A stretch of 64,000 nucleotides of DNA from Blastocatellia bacterium (lineage in GTDB: Bacteria > Acidobacteriota > Blastocatellia > UBA7656 > JADIYM01): NCBI GenBank assembly GCA_016705245.1, contig JADIYM010000005.1, positions 139,069 through 203,068 on the forward strand, in the 5' to 3' direction. Within the stretch, counting starts at the first letter, position 1. Every line of letters starts with the position of its first letter. Made by a program: the position numbers and the translations under genes. The notes under the pieces were generated by a model. The model had not been told where the DNA came from. It made no database searches and saw only the letters and a list, made by a program, of their open reading frames with translations. Positions 49,822 to 59,930 of this stretch are shown piece after piece.

Positions 49822-50988
49822 TCAGACGACCGCGAGCACGAGGCACTTCAGATAATACGTCTCTGGAATCGACAGCAGGATCGGATGGTCGCGCGCCTGG
49901 GTCCGCTTCTCGAGTAGCCGGGCATCACGGCCGGCGTCGGCAGCGGCCGACTGGACGATCCCGATGAACATCTCTTCGGGCACGTGGTACGAGCACGTTG
50001 CCGTCACGAGCGTTCCGCCCGGCGCAAGCAGCTTGAGCGCGCGCAGGTTGATCTCCTTGTAGCCGCGGATGCCCGCCTCGAGCGCGGTCTTGCGCTTCAC
50101 GAAAGCGGGCGGATCGAGAACGATCGTGTCGAAGCGCTCGGGGCGCTCTTCGAGTTGCTTGAGGAGGTCGAAGACGTTTGCCTCGACGAGCTCGACGCGA
50201 TCCGAGACGCCGTTGAGATCGGCATTGCGGCGCGCGCGCCGCAGCGCATCGCCGGATGTATCGACGGCCATCACGTGGTCGCACACGCGCGCCAGATGCA
50301 GCGCGAACGAGCCGTGAAAACTGAACGCGTCGAGAGCGCGCCCTCGACCATAGCGCGCCGCCGCCACGCGGTTCTCGCGCTGATCCAGAAAGGCGCCCGT
50401 CTTCTGGCCCCCGACGATGTCGACGAGGTACCTGACACCGTGCTCGTCTATCTCAAGGTCGTCCGGGGCTTCGCCAAGCAGCACGCTCGTCTGTCGCGGC
50501 AGACCCTCGAGGTCGCGCACGTGGGCATCGTTGCGCTCGACGATTGCGCGCGGTGCGAACCTCTCGTTCAGCAGCTCGACGAAGAGCGGCTTGAGGCGTT
50601 CGGTGCCTTGCGAGAGCGTCTGGATCGAAAGGCAGTCGCCATACCGATCGACGACGAACGAACTGATGAGATCGCCTTCGCCGTGCACGACCCTGTAGGC
50701 CGTCGTGCCTTCAACTACGCGTTCGCGCAGTGCGATGGCATTGTCGAGCCTCCGCTCCCAGAATGCACGGTCGGTCTCGACGTCGTCGAACGTCACGAAC
50801 CGAACCGCAATGAGCGACGCGTCGCTGTAGAACGCGCGGCCAAGGGGACGGCCCTTCGGATCGACGACACGGACGACGTCGCCCCCGCGCGACGTGCCGA
50901 CGTCGGCCACGTCGCTTCGGTAGATCCAATGATGGCGGGCGCGAGCGCGATCGGCGCCCTTCTTCGTAACGGTGATAGTGGCGGTCAT
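49822..50988 (-). CDS. rlmI: Class I SAM-dependent 23S rRNA (m5C1962) methyltransferase RlmI-like (PUA plus MTase)
   Basis: 388 aa; MTase motifs (VLDAFSFHGSFALH..., DPPAF). Confidence 0.8.
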   Translation of the reverse strand: MTATITVTKKGADRARARHHWIYRSDVADVGTSRGGDVVRVVDPKGRPLGRAFYSDASLIAVRFVTFDDVETDRAFWERRLDNAIALRERVVEGTTAYRVVHGEGDLISSFVVDRYGDCLSIQTLSQGTERLKPLFVELLNERFAPRAIVERNDAHVRDLEGLPRQTSVLLGEAPDDLEIDEHGVRYLVDIVGGQKTGAFLDQRENRVAAARYGRGRALDAFSFHGSFALHLARVCDHVMAVDTSGDALRRARRNADLNGVSDRVELVEANVFDLLKQLEERPERFDTIVLDPPAFVKRKTALEAGIRGYKEINLRALKLLAPGGTLVTATCSYHVPEEMFIGIVQSAAADAGRDARLLEKRTQARDHPILLSIPETYYLKCLVLAVV

Positions 50989-51017
50989 GAGGGACGTTCT
51001 GCGCTAAGCTGGCCGCG

Positions 51018-51494
51018 ATGATACAGGAAACGGCCTACGTTGCACTCGGATCGAACCTCGGAGACCGGGCGCACAACATCTACGACGGCGTGCGGCTGCT
51101 CATCGAGCGGACGGGGGTTCGAGTGCGCCTCTCGCCTCTCTACGAAACGGACCCGGTCGGATTTGCCGACCAGCCGCCTTTTCTCAACGGCGTCGCCGAG
51201 TTGTGGGGGAAATTGCCGGAGCCTCGTGAGCTGCTCGCCACGTGCATGCGGATCGAGGCGGAGCTCGGCCGCGTGCGGACGGTCGTGGACGGTCCGCGCA
51301 CGCTCGACCTCGATCTGCTGCTGTGCGGAGACTTCGTTGCCGCCGACGAGCACCTGACGCTGCCGCATCCGCGGATGCACACACGGGCCTTCGTTTTGCG
51401 GCCGCTCGTCGACCTCGCGCCGGAGGCTCGCCATCCGGTCCTGCGGGCGACAGCGTCGGAGCTGCTGCGGGCGCTCGAGTCCGCCGATACGTAG
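51018..51494 (+). CDS. folK: 2-amino-4-hydroxy-6-hydroxymethyldihydropteridine pyrophosphokinase
   Basis: MIQETAYVALGSNLGDR... HPPK signature. Confidence 0.9.
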   Translation: MIQETAYVALGSNLGDRAHNIYDGVRLLIERTGVRVRLSPLYETDPVGFADQPPFLNGVAELWGKLPEPRELLATCMRIEAELGRVRTVVDGPRTLDLDLLLCGDFVAADEHLTLPHPRMHTRAFVLRPLVDLAPEARHPVLRATASELLRALESADT

Positions 51495-51779
51495 ATTTAA
51501 GGACCGGGTCCTTTCGACGTAACCCGGCGACGGCAGACTGCATTCACTTGGCAACGGGCCAAAGGGCTCGGGGCAGTTCCCGGTGGCGGCGCCCGGTGCG
51601 TCGTCGACCGTCACGCTGGCGTGGTGGATCGGGAGCGGGCTCGAGCTTCTTGAGGTGCTGACTGCGGCCGGGTTCCCGACGACACCGTGACTTGGTCACG
51701 CTCACACGGTGTCATCGGGGATCCGGCCAGTTTTTTCGTGTGCGAGCACTCCGAGCCTCCGTGCGGCCCGTGCGAAGCT

Positions 51780-51950
51780 CTCCGGAGGCGGGGCACAGGG
51801 GGAGGCGGGGAGAAAAAGGGGGGGGGGGCCCCCGCCCCCTCCTCCCCCCCCCCCCCCCCCCGCCCGCCCCCCCCCCCGGCCCCGGGGGGGGGAGAAGGGG
51901 GGGGGGGGGGGGGGGGGGGGCGCCGGGGGGGGGGGCGATTCCGGGTGCTT
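51780..51950. repeat. Extreme homopolymer tract (poly-G / poly-C / poly-G blocks); probably a sequencing or assembly artefact
   Basis: ~170 bp of almost pure G or C runs (e.g. 22 consecutive C, then more than 25 G). Genes on both sides are truncated. Confidence 0.8.
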
Positions 51951-51959
51951 CTCCTGCCG

Positions 51960-52700
51960 GGAGTGACTCCGCCGCGCCCTCTCGGTGGCCGCCGTGTCCG
52001 GCGTTCGGGAAGAACCGGATTGTCACGTCCGGATTGCCGCCTTTTGCGAAGGCCGCGGCGAGCGCAGCCTGCGTCTCAGGCACGGGAATGTGACGGTCCT
52101 TGCCCCCCAGCAGATAGAGCACGGGTACCTTGATTCGCTCGACTACCGATGCGGGCTCATACGCGCAATGAACCCGATAGAAGAACCGCTGATCTTCGGT
52201 GAGCTCGGACGCCATCGGTGGCGCATCGGGCCACTTCATTCGGGCGAACCACGGCCGCGACCGGCCCCCAACGCCGAGCCCAGTGCGCGCGCGTGTTCCA
52301 GGGACGCGGAACCCACCTCGCGCGGCGCCCCCCTGCTCAGAGCTACCCCCGGGGGACATTCTGCTCAGTGGCGAAACCCGGGACCGATACGATCTTCACG
52401 TCAGGGCACCAGTTCCACCTGGCGATGCCCCAGACGCCAACCCTCGATGCGTCCACGTGGCCGCATGAATGCAATGGCTGCCCTGGCGTCCAGCTGCGCT
52501 CGAAGGTCCGGAGCCTCGGTAGGCGCCTTCCGACTCGCCGGTGCCGCGTTTGGGCGGACCGCAAATCCGTGGCGGCAACGGGTCGCCTGCGGCCCGTACA
52601 CTCGTCCTCGGCGGCGCCGGTGGCGGCTCGCGAGGTGCGCGCGCTCGCGCGGGCTCGGCTGCGTGGCGGGGCGCCGCGGTGCCGGTGCAGGCCTGGCTGC
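51960..52700 (-). pseudogene. Alpha/beta-hydrolase (S9 / dienelactone hydrolase-like) remnant, frameshifted and truncated at the homopolymer tract
   Basis: The C-terminal portion is readable (KVPVLYLLGGKDRHIPVPETQAALAAAFAKGGNPDVTIRFFPNAGHGG). The upstream part is split over other frames (…VDASRVGVWGIARW…). Confidence 0.45.
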
Positions 52701-52736
52701 ACGAACGTGCTCTGGTTTTACCCCGCCGGCACGTCA

Positions 52737-53882
52737 GTGATAAAAACCGGCACCATCGTGGGTGAACCGCTCAAGAATCACTTCGGCGCCGGGATCCCGG
52801 CGCGCATCGCCGAGATGATCTCCGGCGTCTTTCCCGAATTCGATCGGGAGGCTTTTGTCGGCGCCTGCCTCGACGGATATCACGAGCTCGAGCTCGTGCC
52901 GCGCGGGCGAAAAATCTCGACAACACTTCGCGATTACCTGCCGGCCGAATATCCAGCGGCGATCGAAATCCTGATCGCGTCGATCGGTCCAAGGCTCGAG
53001 ACGACCGAAGGCCACGGGATGGCGCCGTTCCTCTACCTTCCGCACGTCTGCTACGTCGCGGAGTTCGGGCTCGAGCATTTCGAGGAGTCGATGCGAGCCC
53101 AGTACGAGCTGACGCAGCGGTTCTCGGCCGAGTTCAGCATCCGGCCGTTCCTCGAGCGCCACACCGAGTCGACGCTGGCTCGCCTCGAGGACTGGACGAA
53201 CGATTCGAGTCCGCACGTCCGCCGCCTCGTTTCGGAGGGAACACGGCCGCGGCTGCCGTGGGCTCCGCGATTGAGGGAGTTCCAGAAAGACCCACGGCCC
53301 GTGCTGGCGCTGCTCGAGCTGCTTAAGGACGATCCAGACCTCTACGTGAGGCGTTCGGTGGCGAACAACCTCAACGACATCGGCAAGGACCACCCGACGC
53401 TGCTCGTCGAGACAGCGCGAAAGTGGCTGGGCGAGGCTTCGGACGAACGACGCTGGCTCGTCCATCACGCGCTCAGATCGGCAGTGAAACGCGCCGAGCC
53501 CGGGGCCCTTGAAGTGATGGGTTTCGGCGTGGCGCCGCGGGTTTCGCTCGACAATACACGCATCACTCCGGAACGGGCCCTTATGGGCGGCCGCGTGGAG
53601 ATTGCCTTTGACGTCACGAACACGGGCTCACGGCGACAGCGCATCCTGGTGGACTTTCGCATTCACTTCGTGAAGGCAAATGGAAAAGCCACTCCGAAGG
53701 TATTCAAGCTGAAAGCGCTCGAACTTTGTCCTCGCGAGAGCGTGTCGATCGCCAAGTCCGTTTCTCTCGCGGAAATGACCACGCGGAAGCACTATCCGGG
53801 AACACACGCGGTCGACGTCGTCTTGAACGGCGTCGTCGTGACGCTCGGGACGTTCGAGTTGGTGCGCGATACCACGTCCTGA
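52737..53882 (+). CDS. DNA alkylation repair protein (AlkC/AlkD-like HEAT-repeat family)
   Basis: Probable GTG start (VIKTGTIVGEPLKNHFGAGIPARIAEMI...); HEAT-like repeats (…HVRRLVSEGTRPRLPWA…VRRSVANNLNDIGKDHP…). The track ORF from 52218 has an artefactual N-extension. Confidence 0.6.
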   Translation: MIKTGTIVGEPLKNHFGAGIPARIAEMISGVFPEFDREAFVGACLDGYHELELVPRGRKISTTLRDYLPAEYPAAIEILIASIGPRLETTEGHGMAPFLYLPHVCYVAEFGLEHFEESMRAQYELTQRFSAEFSIRPFLERHTESTLARLEDWTNDSSPHVRRLVSEGTRPRLPWAPRLREFQKDPRPVLALLELLKDDPDLYVRRSVANNLNDIGKDHPTLLVETARKWLGEASDERRWLVHHALRSAVKRAEPGALEVMGFGVAPRVSLDNTRITPERALMGGRVEIAFDVTNTGSRRQRILVDFRIHFVKANGKATPKVFKLKALELCPRESVSIAKSVSLAEMTTRKHYPGTHAVDVVLNGVVVTLGTFELVRDTTS

Positions 53883-53973
53883 GCACTCCGAGCCTCTGTG
53901 TCTTTGTGTCTCTGTGTGCGAAGCGTCCGAAGAGCTTCGCACACAGAGACACGGAGGCACCGAGCCACAGAGC
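53883..53973. repeat. Palindromic heptamer-array repeat, family A
   Basis: gcctctgtgtctttgtgtctctgtgtgcgaagcgtccgaagagcttcgcacacagagacacggaggcaccgagccacagag. Confidence 0.85.
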
Positions 53974-56340
53974 TCAGTTTCCGTCCCAGTTCCCCACGAT
54001 CGGCGTGACGTCCGGCGGTCCATACGAGAACACCATGTCGGCGCCCCCCGGACTGTTCGTGTTACGCAGGAACCACGCCCCCGACGAGGCCACGTAGATC
54101 CCGATGGTGTCGCGTCCATCGCCGTTCCAGTCGCCCGCCAGCGGGGTCGCACTCGACGGCCCGTACGTGAAAACGATGTCGGCCCCGCCGGGGCTGTTCG
54201 TGTTCTTCAGGAAAAACGCCGCCGTCGACGGGCTGTAGAGCCCGATCGAGTCCGTTCCGTTAGCGTCCCAGTCGCCCGTGATCGGTCGCCACCCGGCTGC
54301 GCCCGGCCCGAAGCTGAACACCAGGTCCGCACCGCCCGGCGCGTTCGTGTTCTTGAGGAAAAACGCGCCGCTAGCCGGATCGTAGAGGCCCACCGTGTCC
54401 GTGCCGTTTCCGTCCCAGTCGCCTGCGAGCGGCACCCAGCCGAGCCCGGCCGGTCCGTAGCTGAACAACGCGTCCGCGGATCCCGGTCCGTTCACGTTCT
54501 TGAGGAAGAATGCGCCCGTGGAAGGCTGATAGAGACCCGGAGACGCCACGCCGTCGCCGTTCCAGTCTGCCGCCAGCGGCACCAGCCCGGCGCCAGCGGC
54601 GCCGTACGTGAAGAGCGTGTCCGCAGGTCCAGGCGAGTTTCCGTTGCGCAGGAACCACGCGCCCGACGCAGGCACGTAGATACCAACCGTGTCCTTCGCC
54701 GCCGCCGGCGCGAGCACGAAAAGCGTGATCGACTGCGGCGGAACCGTCGTCGACAGCGTCGTCCCGACGTACCCGACGTCGGCCGGATGCGCAATCGAAT
54801 TCGCAGACGTGAGCTGCCAGACCTGCGCGACGCCCGTCCCCGCAAATCCGGCGAGCGAGATATTCACTGGCTGCACGCCAGCAGACTGCTTGTTGACGAC
54901 CATCACCGTCAGCGCGCCGTCACTCGAGCGTTCGCCGGCAAAAGCCGACAGGTTATCGGGATTCGGCACCGTTGCCGACACACTCGTGTCGCCGAAGCGT
55001 CCTCCGACTCCGTCGTAGTTCGTGTACATCTTGATGGACTTGTAGGTCGGCGTCGACGCGGCCGGCGTCGTCCACCGGCTCGCCATGTCGAGCCCCTCGC
55101 GGCCGAAGATCCCGAGGACGTCGGCCTGTGCCGTCGCGCCGTTGATGTGACCTTCGGCGCCCCAGTTGTACTCCGTGATGCCGGTCTTCGTGCCGGGGTA
55201 GTAGGTGTCCACCCAGCCCCTGATCCGGGGAATCAGCCTGACCGTGTCGGCGATCCACGTCTCGTCGACGTAGTTCGGGTCCCAGAGGCTTCGCGTCGAG
55301 CGGTTGCGCCGCGCCTGCATCGACGCTGACGTGTCGTCCGAGAACTCGCCGCCCTGCGGGTAATAATGCACCGTGAAGACGTCGAGGATCCGTCGGCCGG
55401 TGCTCTGGTTGTTGAGCTTGAGCTGGTTGAGGAGCCACGGCAGGTAGTCCCAGCCGCCGTGTGCCGCGCGGTCGGGCAGGTTCGACCATCCGTGCTGCGC
55501 GCCCCACTGCTGGTCGTACCCGCTGAAGAGGTAGCCGCTCCAGCCCCACTCCTCCGGACCGACGACGAGGGCTCCGGGATCCGTGTCCTTGATCATCGTC
55601 CCGTATTCGATCGTCTTGTCGCGGATCTCGTCCATCGTCGGTCCCGTCGGGTTCACGTCGCGATGGGTCGAAAACCAGATGCTGGGTTCGTTGTCGAGAA
55701 GGTAGTAACGTACGCCGCCGTTCGCCGCGGTGCCCTGCTGGGCGACGAGGTGCTGGACCCATCCGCGCTGGAAGTTGACGTCAGCTGGAACGCTCGCATC
55801 GTTCGGGTCGTTGCCGGTGACCGGCTGGTTATTGCTTGCGCGGATGCCGTTGCCGGCGTCGGGAAACCACTGCCAGTCGTTGCCGGTCTGTGCGCCGTAT
55901 TTCACGATCGAGAAGCTCGAGAGCTTCGTGCGGTTCGGTCCGAGCTTCGCGACCCAGCCGACGGTCGGAATCGTTATCATCGACTCGGCGCTCGCCGCCT
56001 GGTTGGCGTCGATGAACGCGTCGGCGTCGGCGCCGGCGGTCGAGCTCGAGTAGGCGATGCTCTGGTAGTACCAGTCGTTCGCTCGGTTGTCGGCGTTCTG
56101 CTGCCAGTTGTAGCGCGTCGTGTTGTTGCCGCCGCGGCGGTTCGACGGACAACGCAGGTCGGCGAGCGTTGCCGCGTCGGCGTACGCGAGGCCGTAGATG
56201 AGCGGATTTATGGGACGCCGGTTCGCGGACACATCGACGGCGATCGCGATCGCCGGATTGTCGGCGCGGACGGTCGGAAGCGGCGTGACGAGCGACGCGA
56301 CGAGCAGCGCCGCGAGAACCACAGGGAATGTTCTGTTCAT
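53974..56340 (-). CDS. Secreted glycoside hydrolase, GH44-like catalytic domain, followed by five tandem ~46-aa repeats (GDWxGxGxD...GAFFLKNTNxPGGAD)
   Basis: 788 aa; signal peptide; N-terminal region ...NTTRYNWQQN...YYLLDNEPSIWFSTHRDV.... The C-terminus has 5 near-identical repeats, also visible as DNA tandem repeats around 54000-54700. Confidence 0.6.
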   Translation of the reverse strand: MNRTFPVVLAALLVASLVTPLPTVRADNPAIAIAVDVSANRRPINPLIYGLAYADAATLADLRCPSNRRGGNNTTRYNWQQNADNRANDWYYQSIAYSSSTAGADADAFIDANQAASAESMITIPTVGWVAKLGPNRTKLSSFSIVKYGAQTGNDWQWFPDAGNGIRASNNQPVTGNDPNDASVPADVNFQRGWVQHLVAQQGTAANGGVRYYLLDNEPSIWFSTHRDVNPTGPTMDEIRDKTIEYGTMIKDTDPGALVVGPEEWGWSGYLFSGYDQQWGAQHGWSNLPDRAAHGGWDYLPWLLNQLKLNNQSTGRRILDVFTVHYYPQGGEFSDDTSASMQARRNRSTRSLWDPNYVDETWIADTVRLIPRIRGWVDTYYPGTKTGITEYNWGAEGHINGATAQADVLGIFGREGLDMASRWTTPAASTPTYKSIKMYTNYDGVGGRFGDTSVSATVPNPDNLSAFAGERSSDGALTVMVVNKQSAGVQPVNISLAGFAGTGVAQVWQLTSANSIAHPADVGYVGTTLSTTVPPQSITLFVLAPAAAKDTVGIYVPASGAWFLRNGNSPGPADTLFTYGAAGAGLVPLAADWNGDGVASPGLYQPSTGAFFLKNVNGPGSADALFSYGPAGLGWVPLAGDWDGNGTDTVGLYDPASGAFFLKNTNAPGGADLVFSFGPGAAGWRPITGDWDANGTDSIGLYSPSTAAFFLKNTNSPGGADIVFTYGPSSATPLAGDWNGDGRDTIGIYVASSGAWFLRNTNSPGGADMVFSYGPPDVTPIVGNWDGN

Positions 56341-56414
56341 TGTGACGTCCCGGTCTTGGGGGCCAGGATCGAGGGGCTGAAGCAGTGAGAGAGTACGCTC
56401 ATGCCCTGGACAGA

Positions 56415-56510
56415 ATCAAAGAAAAAGGACCACGGATTCACACGGATCAACACAGATCCGCAACTGTCTGCTGATCTGTGTTCATACTTCGTTTCCGCGT
56501 GAATCCGTGG
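56415..56510. repeat. Imperfect palindromic element, family E (CACGGATTCAC / GATCTGTG cores)
   Basis: aaggaccacggattcacacggatcaacacagatc...gatctgtgttcatacttcgtttccgcgtgaatccgtggccc, in the divergent promoter region between the GH44 gene and the hydrolase gene. Confidence 0.7.
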
Positions 56511-56553
56511 CCCTTCTTCTCATTTGCGCCAATCCCGTACAATCTCGAAAGTC

Positions 56554-57579
56554 ATGCTCGGAAAGTACATCCATCGCCGCGAACGCTTTCTATCGTCGAT
56601 CGACACGAATCGCGTCATCCGCCCGTTCGACTGGGGCACTGAGTTCCTCGACATCGAGCCAATGCCGGACGAAAACGACGCCGCGCTCGTCGATCGGTTC
56701 GTCACGCGAGCGCTGGACGACAGCGACGCCTACTACGCCACTCCTGCCCTCGATCACGCGGAATTCGATGGAGAGTGGGTGCGCTTCCCGAGCGCGCTCG
56801 AGACCCGGTGGGACGTCAACAACACGGTCACCGCGCGCTACATTCCGTCGCGAAAGCCCTCGAAGAAGGCCGTCATCGTCCTGCCGCAGTGGAACGCGGA
56901 CTCGGAGAGCCACGTTGCGCTCGGACGGATCTTCGCGCGGTTCGGGATCTCGGCGTTGAGGCTTTCGCTGCCGTACCACGACGTGCGGATGCCGGAAGAG
57001 CTCGAGCGCGCCGACTACATGGTGAGCGGGAATGTGGGAAGGACGCTTCACGCTTGCAGGCAGGCGGTGATGGACGTCCGGCGATGCGTCGACTGGCTCG
57101 AGCGCCGCGGTTACACGCAGATCGGCATCACTGGAACGTCGATCGGCTCGTGCATCGCGTTTCTGGCCTACGTGCACGAACCGCGGCTGCGCGTCGGCGT
57201 GTTCAACCACGTGTCGAGCTTTTTCGCGGACGTCACGTGGACCGGGATCTCGACCCGTCACGTGCGCGCGGGCATCGAGCAGAGCATAGATCTCGACACG
57301 CTCCGGCACGCGTGGATGCCGATCAGTCCGAACGCGTTCATTCACCGGCTGAAGCACGAGCAGCCGCATCGGCCGCGGCTGATGATCACTGCGCGATACG
57401 ACCTGACGTTTCTGCCGCATCTGTCGGAGCGGGCGTTCGCTGAATTCCGGCACCACGATATTCCGGTGGATCGGGCGATCCTGCGCTGCGGGCACTACAC
57501 GAGCGGGAAGTTCCCGTTCAAGTTCCAGCTCGGTTACCTGATCACGAAGTACCTGCACCGGCACCTGGCGGAGGCGTAA
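56554..57579 (+). CDS. Alpha/beta-fold hydrolase
   Basis: Nucleophile elbow GTSIGS; about 340 aa. The start is refined to MLGKYIHRRERF. Confidence 0.65.
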   Translation: MLGKYIHRRERFLSSIDTNRVIRPFDWGTEFLDIEPMPDENDAALVDRFVTRALDDSDAYYATPALDHAEFDGEWVRFPSALETRWDVNNTVTARYIPSRKPSKKAVIVLPQWNADSESHVALGRIFARFGISALRLSLPYHDVRMPEELERADYMVSGNVGRTLHACRQAVMDVRRCVDWLERRGYTQIGITGTSIGSCIAFLAYVHEPRLRVGVFNHVSSFFADVTWTGISTRHVRAGIEQSIDLDTLRHAWMPISPNAFIHRLKHEQPHRPRLMITARYDLTFLPHLSERAFAEFRHHDIPVDRAILRCGHYTSGKFPFKFQLGYLITKYLHRHLAEA

Positions 57580-57589
57580 GACCGGGTTT

Positions 57590-57658
57590 TCCTGCGTCCT
57601 TTGCGCCTTTGCGCCTTTGCGCGAAATCTCACGCAAAGGCGCAAGGACGCAAAGCTGT
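57590..57658. repeat. Palindromic heptamer-array repeat, family B (short copy)
   Basis: cctgcgtcctttgcgcctttgcgcctttgcgcgaaatctcacgcaaaggcgcaaggacgcaaag. Confidence 0.8.
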
Positions 57659-57703
57659 AAACAAAAGAATGCACGATTTGACCGATTTCTGTATCATCTC
57701 GTC

Positions 57704-58156
57704 GTGCCCCGCCGAATCGAGCTGTCGTCCGTCATAAACGCGCCCCGCTACCGGGTGTGGGCCTTCTACGACGATCCGGACAACCTCCCGAAGCTGACGC
57801 CGCCGGGCATCCACGTCACTCTGCTCACGAAGCCCGCACGCCCCCGCGCAGGCGACATCGTGTCTCTCCGCATTCGCCGCGGACCGATCGCCTTCACCTG
57901 GGACGCGAAGTTCACCGATTACGACCCGGGCCGCTCCTTCGTCGACGAGCAGGGACGCGGTCCATTCTCCTTCTTCCGCCACCGGCACCTGTTCGAGGAC
58001 GCCCCGGGCGGCACACGCATTACCGACACAATCGACTACACGCCGCCGTACGGACCGATCGGCTGGATCGCCGACCGGATCGCGATCGCGCGCGACCTGA
58101 AAGCAATGCTTGCCTTCCGCCACGCGAGGACACGCGAACTTCTCGAAACCGCCTGA
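57704..58156 (+). CDS. SRPBCC (START/Bet v1/polyketide cyclase-like) family protein
   Basis: GTG start; VPRRIELSSVINAPRYRVWAFYDDPDNLPKLTP... Confidence 0.6.
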   Translation: MPRRIELSSVINAPRYRVWAFYDDPDNLPKLTPPGIHVTLLTKPARPRAGDIVSLRIRRGPIAFTWDAKFTDYDPGRSFVDEQGRGPFSFFRHRHLFEDAPGGTRITDTIDYTPPYGPIGWIADRIAIARDLKAMLAFRHARTRELLETA

Positions 58157-58174
58157 AGCCTCGAAGGAATCCCC

Positions 58175-58897
58175 GTGAACGAATCATTCGCCGGAAAAAT
58201 CGCCGTCGTCACTGGCGCAAGCCGCGGAATCGGCCGCGCGACGGCCGAGGCACTGATTGCCGCCGGCGCGACGGTCGTCCTTGCCTCTCGCGACGCCGAC
58301 TCGCTCGACGACCTTGCCTCCAGTTTCGGTCATCGCGCCGAATCCGTTCCGACCGACGTCACCCGGTCCGCCGAAGTAGACGAGCTCGTTCGCGGTACCG
58401 TCGAACGCCACGGCCGCATCGACCTGCTCGTCCACGCCGCCGGCGCCGGCATGCTCAAGCCCGTGCTCGACATCACCGAGCCCGAATTCGACTCACTCGT
58501 GGAGCTGAACCTGAAGGGCGCCTTCCTCGTGCTCCAGCGGACGGCCCGCGCCATGTCGGAGCACGGCGGCGGGACGATCGTCACGTTCCCCGGCGTGCTC
58601 GGACGCGCGCCGATGGCGGCGGCGTCAGCCTACGCAGCGACGAAATACGGACTCGTCGGACTCGTGAAGTCGATGGCCATCGACCTGAAGCGCGCGAACG
58701 TGCGATTCTCCCTGATGTTCCTCGGTGGCGTGAACACGACGTTCTGGGACAGCGAGTCGATCACTGTCAAAGTCCAGCGCGAGAAGATGCTGGACGCGGC
58801 GTCGGCGGCGAAGGCGGTGCTCTTCGCGGCATCGCAGGCGACTCCGGGCATCTGCGGCGAAATCGTCATCCAGCCGGAGAATCATCAGCTTCTCTAA
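58175..58897 (+). CDS. SDR family oxidoreductase (short-chain dehydrogenase/reductase)
   Basis: GKIAVVTGASRGIGRA (TGxxxGxG) plus YAATK (YxxxK). Confidence 0.9.
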   Translation: MNESFAGKIAVVTGASRGIGRATAEALIAAGATVVLASRDADSLDDLASSFGHRAESVPTDVTRSAEVDELVRGTVERHGRIDLLVHAAGAGMLKPVLDITEPEFDSLVELNLKGAFLVLQRTARAMSEHGGGTIVTFPGVLGRAPMAAASAYAATKYGLVGLVKSMAIDLKRANVRFSLMFLGGVNTTFWDSESITVKVQREKMLDAASAAKAVLFAASQATPGICGEIVIQPENHQLL

Positions 58898-58900
58898 ACC

Positions 58901-59815
58901 ATGAACATCCTCATCACGGGCGGCACGGGATTCATCGGCGGACACATCCGCGACGCGCTGCTTCTGCGGCCGGAGCTCGGGCCCGACGCGCGCGTCCTGT
59001 GCATGACACGCGACCCGAAGGGGAAGACGCACGGCGATCCGCGAGTGTCGTTCGTCGCCGGCAACGTGCGCGACGCCGCGATGCTCGAGCACGCGACGGA
59101 CGGCGTCGACGTCGTCGTCCACTGCGTCCAGTTTCCGAATCACCCCGTCGAGGACGAGCGGAAAGGCCACACCTACCTCGAGGTGGACGCGCACGGAACG
59201 GAGCGGCTCGTCGCAGCGTGTCGGAAGAACGGTGTCAAGCGAATCGTCTACCTGTCCGGCGCGGGAACGTCGCCGGATCGCAAGGAGCCGTGGTTTCAGG
59301 CGAAGGTGATCGCCGAGCGCGCGGTGCGCGAGTCCGGCGCCGAATGGGTGATCCTGCGTCCGTCGTGGGTCTACGGGCCGGATGACCGCAGTCTCAACCG
59401 CTTCGTGACGTTCGTCCGGTACCTGCCGATCGTGCCGGTCATCGGCGACGGCACGAACAAGGTGCAGCCGATCGCGATCTGGGACGTGGCGGAGGCCGCG
59501 TCGGAATCGGTCTTCAGCGATGCCGCGACTAACCAGACGATCGAGCTCGGGGGACCCGAGGAACTGACGATGGACGAGATCATCGGCGTCTTGCAGAAAG
59601 TAATGGGAACGCACCGCCCGCTGCTCCATCAGCCGAAGGCGCTCATGAAGCTCGCCGTCTGGCCGCTTGCGATCCTGCCGACGCCGCCGCTTTCGCCCGA
59701 AGCGATCGACTTCATTCTCCAGGAAGCCCACGTCGACACCGAGCCCGCCCGACGCATCTTCGGCCGCGGTTTCACGCGCCTCGAGGACGGCCTGCGGAAG
59801 TACCTGGTGAGTTGA
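58901..59815 (+). CDS. NAD(P)-binding epimerase/dehydratase-like protein (complex I NDUFA9 / NmrA-like atypical SDR)
   Basis: MNILITGGTGFIGGHI Rossmann motif; 304 aa. Confidence 0.8.
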   Translation: MNILITGGTGFIGGHIRDALLLRPELGPDARVLCMTRDPKGKTHGDPRVSFVAGNVRDAAMLEHATDGVDVVVHCVQFPNHPVEDERKGHTYLEVDAHGTERLVAACRKNGVKRIVYLSGAGTSPDRKEPWFQAKVIAERAVRESGAEWVILRPSWVYGPDDRSLNRFVTFVRYLPIVPVIGDGTNKVQPIAIWDVAEAASESVFSDAATNQTIELGGPEELTMDEIIGVLQKVMGTHRPLLHQPKALMKLAVWPLAILPTPPLSPEAIDFILQEAHVDTEPARRIFGRGFTRLEDGLRKYLVS

Positions 59816-59930
59816 CAGGATTTCAGGATTTTCAGGATCAACAGGATTTCCTTTGGGTTGCTCGGACGCCTTCCGTCCTATCCACACTGAATCCTGTTAA
59901 TCCTGAAAATCCTGAAATCCTGTCTACTCT
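59813..59930. repeat. Palindromic heptamer-array repeat, family D (CAGGATT / AATCCTG arrays)
   Basis: gacaggatttcaggattttcaggatcaacaggatttcc...ctgaatcctgttaatcctgaaaatcctgaaatcctgtc. Confidence 0.9.
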
